DNA from: Nitrospirota bacterium
GTDB taxonomy: Bacteria; Nitrospirota; UBA9217
DNA length: 64,000 nucleotides
Reading direction: 5' to 3'
Assembly: GCA_963663225.1 (NCBI GenBank)
Contig: OY760142.1
Location: forward strand, 2,336,001 to 2,400,000
Each line of letters starts with the position of its first letter. The stretch's first letter is position 1. Under the pieces are notes generated by a model, which saw only the letters and a list, made by a program, of their open reading frames with translations, did not search any database and was not told where the DNA came from. A program made the position numbers and the translations under genes. Shown piece by piece: positions 1-8,044 of the stretch.

Positions 1-1
1 A

Positions 2-961
2 GGAATCCCCGGTAAAGGCAGCGCGTTTCGCATGATTTTTGAGATCGCGGACGCACTTGCCGTCAAGGCCTGCGCCGTGGTGGATTCGGATCTCAGGAGC
101 ATTACTCCGGAATGGATTGAACTCCTTCTGAAGCCGGTGCTGCACGATGGGTTTGATTTTGTCGCTCCTTTCTATCACCGGCACAAATACGACGGAACAA
201 TTACGAACAGTATTGTGTATCCTCTCACGCGGGCGCTGTATGGAAAGCGCGTTCGCCAGCCTATTGGAGGTGATTTTGGATTTTCAAGCAGCGTGGGGCG
301 TTTTTTCCTTTCCAAAGATGTTTGGCAGACGGATGTAGCCAGATTCGGGATCGATATCTGGATGACGACTACTGCGATAGCCAATGATTTCAAAATAGCC
401 CAGGCTTTTCTGGGTGCAAAGATCCATGATACCAAGGACCCCGGAGCTGATTTGAGCGCGATGCTCTATCAGGTAGTAGGGGCCGCTTTCGATCTGATGG
501 AAGCATATCCTGACATATGGAAAACGGTGAGCGGTTCAGTTTCTGTCCCTACCTTTGGGTTCCAGTATACGGTGGGTCTGGAGCACGTGCCGGTCAACGT
601 TTCAAGGATGATGACTATTTTTCAGAAAGGGATCAAGGATTTGCGTGATATATGGATCGATATTCTCGGAGCCGGTGATTTTGGACAAATCGAGCAGCTT
701 GGCAGCATGTCTGAGCGGGAATTCAGATTTCCTCTTTCTCTCTGGACGCGTATTGTGTATGACTATGCTCTTGCCTATCATAAGAAGAAGCTTCCTCGCG
801 AGCATCTGCTCAAGTCGTTAACACCGCTGTATCTGGGTAAAACAGCATCTTTTGTGATGGAAACAGAGGCCATGGAGCAGTGCGATGCCGAGGGGCAGGT
901 TGAAAATTTGTGCGTGGAATTTGAAAAGAACAAGGATCACTTGATACACAACTGGCAATAA
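2..961 (+). CDS. GT2-fold glycosyltransferase, glucosylglycerate/mannosylglycerate synthase (Ggs/Mgs)-like; 5'-truncated by window edge
   Basis: Frame is open from base 2 (GIPGKGSAFRM...); VDSDL, RHKYDGTIT, RQPIGGDFG and FGIDIWMTT motifs; lies next to gpgS. Confidence 0.75.
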   Translation, partial: GIPGKGSAFRMIFEIADALAVKACAVVDSDLRSITPEWIELLLKPVLHDGFDFVAPFYHRHKYDGTITNSIVYPLTRALYGKRVRQPIGGDFGFSSSVGRFFLSKDVWQTDVARFGIDIWMTTTAIANDFKIAQAFLGAKIHDTKDPGADLSAMLYQVVGAAFDLMEAYPDIWKTVSGSVSVPTFGFQYTVGLEHVPVNVSRMMTIFQKGIKDLRDIWIDILGAGDFGQIEQLGSMSEREFRFPLSLWTRIVYDYALAYHKKKLPREHLLKSLTPLYLGKTASFVMETEAMEQCDAEGQVENLCVEFEKNKDHLIHNWQ

Positions 962-979
962 TTGACACGGAGGTGTGCC

Positions 980-1678
980 ATGCAGGATTTCCTTAATTTA
1001 ATTCTTGAACCGCTCAAAGGTATTTATACGGACTTTGCACATTTTTTCCCGAATCTGCTCGCAATGCTGATCATTATTGCGATTGGCATTCTGGTTGCCC
1101 GCCTGTTGAAGGCCATTCTGCTGAAACTGCTGAAAGCGATTAACTTTGACGTCTGGAGCGATAGAATGGGTTTTACCACGGTTATGCGGAAAGGGGACCT
1201 GTGGTCCAAGCCGTCGTCGGCAATCGGCTCGTTTTTTTACTGGCTTTTGATTATCGTGGCGTTCATGGCGGGGCTCAGCGCTCTGAAAATTCAGGCTATT
1301 GACAATCTTGTAGCGCAATTTGTTCTGTATATTCCCCGGGTGCTGTCAGCCGTGCTGATTGTCATTGCAGGCTATATCATAACGGGCTTTATCGGCAGGG
1401 CGCTTTTAATCTCGGCGGTCAACCGGGGCTATCATTTTGCCAAACTGCTTGCGGAAGCGGCTCGTCTGTTATTGATTGTGTTGTTTATCGCAATGGCACT
1501 GGAACAGCTCCAGGTCGCACCGGGGATCGTTATTTCAGCGTTCTCCATCATTTTTGGAGGGATTGTTCTGGCGCTGGCAATTGCCTTCGGCGTGGGAGGA
1601 ATCGACGCCGCGAAGAAAATCATAGAACATAAGACAACCCAGACAACCGATGAAAAAAAGGATATGGAGCATATTTAA
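980..1678 (+). CDS. Membrane protein with TM-helix repeats (MscS-associated/CmpX-like)
   Basis: GGAGG SD before ATG 980; two PNLLA/PRVLSA-type TM-helix repeats; ends LALAIAFGVGG. Confidence 0.75.
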   Translation: MQDFLNLILEPLKGIYTDFAHFFPNLLAMLIIIAIGILVARLLKAILLKLLKAINFDVWSDRMGFTTVMRKGDLWSKPSSAIGSFFYWLLIIVAFMAGLSALKIQAIDNLVAQFVLYIPRVLSAVLIVIAGYIITGFIGRALLISAVNRGYHFAKLLAEAARLLLIVLFIAMALEQLQVAPGIVISAFSIIFGGIVLALAIAFGVGGIDAAKKIIEHKTTQTTDEKKDMEHI

Positions 1679-1687
1679 GGAGAGAGC

Positions 1688-2896
1688 ATGTCGGATTTTT
1701 ATCAGACAGGGGTAATTACCACGCTGCATAATTTAGGGAAACCGTCTCTGGAGCGCCTGGAACAGGAGCTGAAAGCATATTCACAGATGCGCCCGATAGC
1801 CCTGGTGCTTCCTGCCCTTTATTCCGAATTCGAAGGTCCGGCAATGCCGAAGATAATCGAAGAACTCTCCAAAGTAAAATATCTAGCAGAAATAGTTCTC
1901 GTGATTGACAAAGCCACGGAAAAAGAATTTCTTCGTGCAAAATCTTTTATGTCGCCCATTTCCACTGAGGTTAATATTGTTTACAACGATGGTAAACGGA
2001 TCAGTGAGATCTATGATACGCTCGCTCGGAATAAACTTGATGCGGGACAGCGCGGAAAGGGCCGATCAGTCTGGCTGGCGTACGGGTATGTACTTGCCTG
2101 CGGCCGTTCGGACATTATTGCACTTCATGATTGTGATATTTTGACCTACAGCCGCGAAATGCTGGCGCGGCTGTGCTATCCGGTGGCAAACCCGAACCTT
2201 GATTATGTATTTTGCAAGGGTTTCTACAGCAGAGTATCGGACAGAATGCACGGACGGGTGACCAGACTTCTCATAACACCACTTATCCGGTCTCTCCAGG
2301 CACTGCATGGCGCACATCCGTTTCTCAGCTTTCTGGACAGTTTCCGCTATCCGTTGTCGGGTGAATTTTGCATGATCACGGACATGGCCCGCGTGAACAG
2401 AATTCCCTGGGACTGGGGGCTGGAAGTCGGTTCTCTCGCAGAAGTGCACCGCAACTATTCGCCGCGTCGGATTTGCCAGGTGGACATAGCTGCTACGTAT
2501 GAACATAAGCATCAGGACCTTTCTGCAGAAGATCCGGAAAAAGGTCTTATGAAAATGACTGTTGATATTTGCAAATCCATATTCAGGACGCTGGCTTCGG
2601 AAGGAGTAACTTTTTCCGACGGCTTCTTCAAATCTCTTTCAGTTTCCTATATGCGGTATGCGGAAGATACGATCGGAAAATATGAGGCTGATGCGGCTAT
2701 AAACGGACTCCTGTTCGACAGACATGAAGAGGCAAAAGCGGTTGACGTGTTCGCAAAAGCCATTGCCCTGGGAGCGCAACGCTACATGGAAAACCCGCTG
2801 GCAATGCCGCTTATCCCGAACTGGAGCAGGGTCACCTCCGCCATCCCCGGCATTCTGCCGATGCTCAAAAAAGCGGTTGAGGAGGATAATAAATAA
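1688..2896 (+). CDS. gpgS: Glucosyl-3-phosphoglycerate synthase
   Basis: MSDFYQ.G.ITTLH N-terminus; GKGRSVW, HDCDI, GRVTRL, RYPLSGEF, YEHKHQ motifs. Confidence 0.8.
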   Translation: MSDFYQTGVITTLHNLGKPSLERLEQELKAYSQMRPIALVLPALYSEFEGPAMPKIIEELSKVKYLAEIVLVIDKATEKEFLRAKSFMSPISTEVNIVYNDGKRISEIYDTLARNKLDAGQRGKGRSVWLAYGYVLACGRSDIIALHDCDILTYSREMLARLCYPVANPNLDYVFCKGFYSRVSDRMHGRVTRLLITPLIRSLQALHGAHPFLSFLDSFRYPLSGEFCMITDMARVNRIPWDWGLEVGSLAEVHRNYSPRRICQVDIAATYEHKHQDLSAEDPEKGLMKMTVDICKSIFRTLASEGVTFSDGFFKSLSVSYMRYAEDTIGKYEADAAINGLLFDRHEEAKAVDVFAKAIALGAQRYMENPLAMPLIPNWSRVTSAIPGILPMLKKAVEEDNK

Positions 2897-3074
2897 AAGC
2901 GCGGATTTGCTCGGCATGCACGAAAACGGCTGAATAGAGAGAGCATATATTTACCATGAATCAGCAACTTTTTACTTGCTCAAAAACACACATCATACTA
3001 TAGTAATATTTGCTTATGCAACACTGTACTTGCATTGTGCAGTGAATTGTGTTCGTAGGATGAAGGAGTTCCTT

Positions 3075-3284
3075 ATGGCTGAAACAACTCTAAGAATATC
3101 GGGAATGAGCTGTGCTCATTGTGTAATGAGAGTAAGCAAAGCGCTCAAGGCGATACCCGGCGTTACTGATGCACAGGTTGATCTTCAGAAGGCAGAGGCA
3201 CAGGTTTCATATGATGAGGCCAGGGTGGGTGTCGAAAAGCTCATCGAAGCGGTTGGAGAAGCCGGTTATCAGGCCAATTCATGA
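3075..3284 (+). CDS. copZ: Copper chaperone (HMA domain)
   Basis: AAGGAG SD; 69 aa; GMSCAHC metal motif; C-terminal EAGY. Confidence 0.9.
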   Translation: MAETTLRISGMSCAHCVMRVSKALKAIPGVTDAQVDLQKAEAQVSYDEARVGVEKLIEAVGEAGYQANS

Positions 3285-3309
3285 TTTACTACGAACCTAG
3301 CGCGCTCGC

Positions 3310-3339
3310 TTGACAACCTGACAAACCCTTCAGTATAAT
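3310..3339 (+). promoter_or_regulatory. Sigma70 promoter
   Basis: TTGACA(3310-3315)-18 bp-TATAAT(3334-3339) upstream of ORF 3442. Confidence 0.7.
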
Positions 3340-3441
3340 CTTTACGACTTTGTTCGGAACGGTTTTTTTGAAACGACTGTTGGCAACGACGAAGCTTATG
3401 CTGCGCGATATCTCACAGAATGCTTAAACGGGGAGAAACAG

Positions 3442-4200
3442 ATGGATGAATTGATCAAGTGGAAGGTCATTTTTGCAAAAAAGCACAAACGGCAACTCCC
3501 TCTTGATATAGAACACTGCTCTCCTCTTGCGCTCCGCAGCATTATTCTTGATGTGCGCACACCCGACCATATTCTGGAACGAATTGCCCACGTATATTAC
3601 GACAGTGACGATGTTCTGCGCGACCTTGTTCGTTGTCCCAACCTTTCCGAAACGAGTCTTGCCTTTATCGCGCTGACAGGTTCAGAGGAGATCAAAGCCT
3701 TTATCTCGGAGACCCGCGTCATGGATGTCTTATTTGCGGATGCCGAGGCTTCAGGAGCAGAAGGGCAGAGCGGAAGAAAGAAGCTTAATATTCAGCAGAT
3801 CATATTGAAAATGAGTGCTCCTCAGAAAATTAAACTCGCACTGACAGGAGCCAAAGAAGCGCGCGGCCTGCTGATTCGAGAGTCGAGCAAAATAATTGCG
3901 ATGTCGGTTCTTGACAACCCCCGGATTACCATAGGAGAAATCGAATTCTTTTCAAAATCCACGAACTTAAGCGAAGATGTTATACGCAAGATCGGTACAA
4001 ATTCCGAGTGGTCCAAGAGATATTCCGTTGCCGCCGCCCTGGTGAATAACCCAAAGACACCGGTGGGCATCTCTATGCCTTTTGTGAACAGACTGACTGA
4101 CCGGGATCTCGGAATCCTCGAAAAGAGCCGCAACGTGCCGGAGGCTGTCAGAACAGCTGCCAGAAGCAGAATTATGAAGAAAAAGATGGGCAAAGGGTAG
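3442..4200 (+). CDS. Conserved hypothetical protein, helical-repeat (LRV-like)
   Basis: GGGGAG SD; 252 aa; repeated L..NP/CP.(T/L) turns (VRCPNL, LDNPRIT, VNNPKTP). Confidence 0.7.
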   Translation: MDELIKWKVIFAKKHKRQLPLDIEHCSPLALRSIILDVRTPDHILERIAHVYYDSDDVLRDLVRCPNLSETSLAFIALTGSEEIKAFISETRVMDVLFADAEASGAEGQSGRKKLNIQQIILKMSAPQKIKLALTGAKEARGLLIRESSKIIAMSVLDNPRITIGEIEFFSKSTNLSEDVIRKIGTNSEWSKRYSVAAALVNNPKTPVGISMPFVNRLTDRDLGILEKSRNVPEAVRTAARSRIMKKKMGKG

Positions 4201-4351
4201 GCTCTCCTATAACGTTGGTTTAGTCAAAAATCCTGGTACTCACTTCACAAGATATTGTTCACCCGTCCTAAATTTATAACAATGATCTGCAAAACATCTC
4301 TCAATGTTATTTAACAGTCTGATTCCGCTGCTTTTAGACGCATAAAAATAG

Positions 4352-4380
4352 TTGCATATGTTTGCATATCCTGTTAATAT
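4352..4380 (+). promoter_or_regulatory. Putative promoter with overlapping repeat/operator upstream of HesB-like gene
   Basis: TTGCAT-17-TAATAT with TG extension; TTGCATAT x2 at 10-bp spacing; palindrome ATATG-TTTG-CATAT at 4356-4369. Confidence 0.45.
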
Positions 4381-4430
4381 AAACGAATGAGGCGTGAACA
4401 ATTATTCAGATATTCAGACAGGAGGCAAAC

Positions 4431-4721
4431 GTGGTAAGTTTTACGGACAATGCGATTCGCAAGCTAAAAGAAGTTGTTGAGAAAGACGGGACGCCGGGCG
4501 ATGGAATAAGAATTTATACGGTTCCCGGCGGTTGAAGGCCGTCGTTGGCTATGGACATAGCCAAGGATGCCCAGAAGGGCGATATTCTGCTTGAAGAGCA
4601 GGGGCTAAAGTTATATTTGGGAGAAGAAGCAAACAACATGCTGATGAATACGAAACTTGATTTTCAGGAGGAGCGTGGTTTTACGTTGACCGGCATGCCG
4701 CCGGCTTCCTGCAGCTGTTAG
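4431..4721 (+). CDS. HesB/IscA-like (A-type Fe-S carrier) selenoprotein, Sec at codon 35
   Basis: GGAGG SD at 4421-4425; GTG start; reads MVSFTDNAIRKLK...GIRIYTVPGG-U-RPSLAMDI...FTLTGMPPASCSC* through TGA 4533-4535; SECIS hairpin and terminator follow. Confidence 0.9.
4537..4571 (+). promoter_or_regulatory. Bacterial SECIS element
   Basis: Perfect 8-bp upper stem TTGGCTAT/ATAGCCAA (4545-4564) with GGAC loop starting 17 nt after UGA; lower stem GGC(C)GTC/GATGCC. Confidence 0.85.
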
Positions 4722-4747
4722 CAACAAAAGGGATCTATGATTTCGTG

Positions 4748-4782
4748 ACCGCCGTATCCGGAACGGGTGCGGCGGTTTTTTT
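4748..4782 (+). terminator. Rho-independent terminator
   Basis: ACCGCCGTATCCG-GAA-CGGGTGCGGCGGT stem followed by a T run. Confidence 0.85.
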
Positions 4783-4821
4783 GTGCCAACAACGATCGAT
4801 GCAAGGCGCTGTCAGCTTTTC

Positions 4822-6060
4822 CTAGGGGAAGTGTTTGAAAATGAGCGAAGCATTTGTTCCTCCGAAACCGAGAGAATTAGAGAGCGCGGTCTTAATATCT
4901 TGTACACGCATGGTATTTGGCACATAGTCCAGATCGCACTCGGGATCGGTATGATGAAAGTTTATTGTGGGTGGAATGATGCCTTCAGAAATAGCGAGAA
5001 TGCTGATGATAGCTTCAACCGCACCTCCGGCGCCGAGCATATGGCCGAGCATGGACTTGGATGAACTTACCGCAAGCCAGCGTGCATGCGCATCGAAGAC
5101 TTTTTTTATGGCAATCGTTTCGATTCTATCGTTTGGCTTCGTAGAGGTGCCGTGCGCGTTAATATAATCGACTTCTTCCGGTGCCACAGCAGCGTCAGAA
5201 AGTGCGAGCTGCATGGCACGCGCCGGGCCGTCGCCGCTTGGATCGGGTTTTGTATAGTGATATGCGTCAGCCGTCAGTCCATAGCCCGCAAGTTCGGCAT
5301 GGATTTTAGCGCCGCGTTTGACCGCATGCTCCAGATTTTCGAGAAGAAGCACTCCGGCCCCCTCGGCAAGCACGAACCCGTCGCGGTCACGCTCAAAAGG
5401 GCGGCTGGCGCCCGCAGGGTCGCTGTTTCTTCGCGAGAGAGCCCGGGCCTGGCAAAAACCGGCTAGTATCAGCGGAGTAATTGGTGCTTCAGCACCGCCT
5501 GCAAGCATCATATCCGCATCGCCGCGTTGAATAATTTTCATGGCCTCACCGAGAGCGTGGGTACCGGCTGCACAGGCGGTCGATATGGAAAAGCAGGGGC
5601 CTTTCGCACCGATTTTCATGGAAACGTATCCGGACGCCATGTTTACCAGCGACATGGGAGCGTAGAAAGGAGAAACCATCCTGGGCCCTCCATTCGAAAG
5701 AGCCCGCATGTTTTTTTCAGCGGTGGTCACTCCTCCCCGTCCTGATCCCACCAAAACGCCGATACGATGCGCGGAACGAGAACCGATCGAAATGCGTGCG
5801 TCCTGCATTGCCATTAAAGCAGAGGCGAGTGCGTACTGAATGTACGGGTCCGTCTTCTGGGCGTCCTTGGCGGTCATGCATTGGAGAGGATCGAAGTTTT
5901 TTACTTCTCCTGCGATGCGGCAGGGAAATGCGGAAACATCGAATTTTGTAATACGTCCTATGCCTGATTGGCCGTTTTTGATTGACGTCCAAAGCGTCCG
6001 AACATCGTTTCCGAGCGGGGTTACTGCTCCGATCCCGGTTATAACCACGCGAATTGTCAT
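4822..6060 (-). CDS. fabF: 3-oxoacyl-ACP synthase II
   Basis: RVVITGIGAVTPLG; catalytic STAC, NAHGTST, GHMLGA; NSLGFGGTN; start ATG 6060 chosen from promoter position. Confidence 0.93.
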   Translation of the reverse strand: MTIRVVITGIGAVTPLGNDVRTLWTSIKNGQSGIGRITKFDVSAFPCRIAGEVKNFDPLQCMTAKDAQKTDPYIQYALASALMAMQDARISIGSRSAHRIGVLVGSGRGGVTTAEKNMRALSNGGPRMVSPFYAPMSLVNMASGYVSMKIGAKGPCFSISTACAAGTHALGEAMKIIQRGDADMMLAGGAEAPITPLILAGFCQARALSRRNSDPAGASRPFERDRDGFVLAEGAGVLLLENLEHAVKRGAKIHAELAGYGLTADAYHYTKPDPSGDGPARAMQLALSDAAVAPEEVDYINAHGTSTKPNDRIETIAIKKVFDAHARWLAVSSSKSMLGHMLGAGGAVEAIISILAISEGIIPPTINFHHTDPECDLDYVPNTMRVQDIKTALSNSLGFGGTNASLIFKHFP

Positions 6061-6067
6061 AAACTGC

Positions 6068-6096
6068 AGTATATTTTTTTTTCGCATATTTGTCAA
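6068..6096 (-). promoter_or_regulatory. Sigma70 promoter of fabF (probably leaderless)
   Basis: Minus strand TTGACA-17-TATACT, then 7 nt to ATG; no SD. Confidence 0.7.
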
Positions 6097-6196
6097 AGGA
6101 GTCGTTTCGTAAGCGGAGAGATTACAGCCGTTGCAGGTCGGCGGAACGAGCCGTTACCGCAGGTGGGGTATCCGTCGGGGCAGTGCAGGTTTTTTA

Positions 6197-6225
6197 TTGA
6201 CTTTATTCTCATAACAGAGTAGTTT
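6197..6225 (+). promoter_or_regulatory. Sigma70 promoter of the GNAT gene (probably leaderless)
   Basis: TTGACT-17-TAGTTT, 5 nt before ATG 6231; no SD. Confidence 0.5.
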
Positions 6226-6230
6226 TTTTT

Positions 6231-6698
6231 ATGATTCGGAAGGCAAAAACAACCGATGTCAAGGCAATACAGTCGCTGGTCAACCAATATGCGACTTCAG
6301 GCCAGATGCTGCCCCGGTCATTGAATGAGTTATATGAATACCTGCGGGACTTCCAGGTATATGAAGATGCCGGCTCTCTTGTTGGCGTGTGTGCGCTCCA
6401 CATAAGTTGGGACGGGCTTGCTGAAATCCGATCACTCGCAGTCAGACCGGACAGAGTACAACAAGGCATAGGAGCCGAACTGGTGCAGCATTGCCTTGCT
6501 GAAGCTGCTGACCTGCAGGTGGAACGAGTATTCGCCCTGACCTATCAGGATGTTTTTTTTAAAAAGCTTGGTTTTCAAGACATAGATAAAAAAGAACTCC
6601 CTCACAAGATTTGGACCGATTGTCTGCATTGCGCCAAATTCCCGGACTGCGACGAGTCCGCGCTCATCATTACAATTCCTTCCAGAACAGAAGCCTGA
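6231..6698 (+). CDS. argA: GNAT N-acetyltransferase, short amino-acid acetyltransferase (ArgA-like)
   Basis: MLPRS, LAEIRSLAV, GIG, VFALTY, LPHKIW.DC..C.KFP.CDE signature. Confidence 0.8.
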   Translation: MIRKAKTTDVKAIQSLVNQYATSGQMLPRSLNELYEYLRDFQVYEDAGSLVGVCALHISWDGLAEIRSLAVRPDRVQQGIGAELVQHCLAEAADLQVERVFALTYQDVFFKKLGFQDIDKKELPHKIWTDCLHCAKFPDCDESALIITIPSRTEA

Positions 6699-6838
6699 TA
6701 AGCGGATTAAACGTGGAGAAGCAGCATTCTGCTCCACCATAACGGTCCTGCATCGGTAGTAGATGATGCGTTGGCATCAGTATTGCATAAATACTGAAAA
6801 TATTTTTTTGTATAAATTGCCATATTCAAAAAAACAAT

Positions 6839-7969
6839 ATGTTATCTCTCTATATTCATATTCCTTTTTGTGTCGGAAAGTGTTTGTACTGTGGCTTTTA
6901 TTCAACACTTTATTTGCCGAAGAAAGCTGATGAATTTATCGATGCTCTGCGCATCGAAGTGGAGCAGTGCCGGAAAAAATTTGTTGGCAGACGGGTCGGG
7001 ACGATTTACATCGGCGGCGGCACACCGACCGTATTGTCGGTTGAACAATTAAAACGAGTGGTAGATCTTGTAAAGAAAAACTTCATGCTCGACGATATTC
7101 CGGAGTTCACTATCGAGGCAAACCCGAACTCTGTTACAGCCGATAGTCTTGCATCCCTCGTTCGTCAAGGAGTGAACAGGCTGAGTCTGGGAGTTCAGTC
7201 GTTTTCTGACCGGACGCTGCAAACGCTTGGGCGGCCCCACAGCGTACAACAGGCCGTGGATGCCATTACACTTGCGCGAACAACGGGATTTAAAAATATC
7301 GGCATCGATCTGATCTTTGGCGTACCGGAGCAGAGCACGACAGAATGGAAAAAAACAATCGATACAGCAACAGCGCTTCACCCTGAACATATTTCGGCAT
7401 ACAGCCTTTCCATCGATGAAGGATCACAATTTATGCAGCTCATTCAAGCGGGCACTCTCGCTCTGCCTGACGAAGAAACTGTTGCAGGTATGTATGAATT
7501 GACCGTCCAAAAACTACAGCAAACAGGCTATCATCGCTATGAAATTTCAAATTTTTCCTTTCCCGGATTTGCGTGCAGGCATAACCTGAACTACTGGAAT
7601 CGCGGCGAGTATCTGGGGATCGGGCCGGGTTCCGCTTCGTTTATCGGTGAAAGACGATATGAGAATATTGCAGACATCGATGAATATATCCTTCGTTTGC
7701 GGAACGGCTGTTCAATAATCGCGCGCGAGGAGGCCGTCGGTATTGATGCTGCAGCGAGGGAATATTTGCTGCTTGGACTCAGGACTGCACAAGGAGTGGA
7801 TCTTTGCCGCGTCCAGCTGGAGTTCGGAACGGATTCTTTAAAACAGCTGGAGAAAAATATAACCGCACTGGAAGCCGCAGGATTGGTCTTCCGAGCGAAT
7901 GGGTATTTGCGGCTGACAGACCGCGGATTTTTATTATCTGACGAGGCTCTGGCGCGGCTTTCGGCATAA
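6839..7969 (+). CDS. hemW: Radical SAM heme chaperone HemW (HemN-like)
   Basis: YIHIPFCxxxCxYC; GGGTPT; YEISNF; HNLNYW. Confidence 0.88.
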   Translation: MLSLYIHIPFCVGKCLYCGFYSTLYLPKKADEFIDALRIEVEQCRKKFVGRRVGTIYIGGGTPTVLSVEQLKRVVDLVKKNFMLDDIPEFTIEANPNSVTADSLASLVRQGVNRLSLGVQSFSDRTLQTLGRPHSVQQAVDAITLARTTGFKNIGIDLIFGVPEQSTTEWKKTIDTATALHPEHISAYSLSIDEGSQFMQLIQAGTLALPDEETVAGMYELTVQKLQQTGYHRYEISNFSFPGFACRHNLNYWNRGEYLGIGPGSASFIGERRYENIADIDEYILRLRNGCSIIAREEAVGIDAAAREYLLLGLRTAQGVDLCRVQLEFGTDSLKQLEKNITALEAAGLVFRANGYLRLTDRGFLLSDEALARLSA

Positions 7970-7976
7970 ATTTTTG

Positions 7977-8005
7977 TTTACACCCGCACTACGCCATGCT
8001 ATAGT
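7977..8005 (+). promoter_or_regulatory. Sigma70 promoter of bamA operon
   Basis: TTTACA-17-TATAGT with TG extension. Confidence 0.6.
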
Positions 8006-8044
8006 ATTTCGTTCTTAACGAGAAAATCGGAGGTCGCTGTAATC

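Noticed and set aside
2976-3074. N-terminal extension of CopZ, and similar long upstream starts for rfbF, colD, gmhB, bioB and pilA in the ORF track
   Set aside because: SD position, operon spacing and family N-termini support the downstream ATGs.
4431-4535. Reading the HesB-like gene as a nonsense pseudogene or a 34-aa peptide
   Set aside because: The TGA falls at the conserved Cys position, a SECIS follows, and the downstream frame is intact to the CxC motif.
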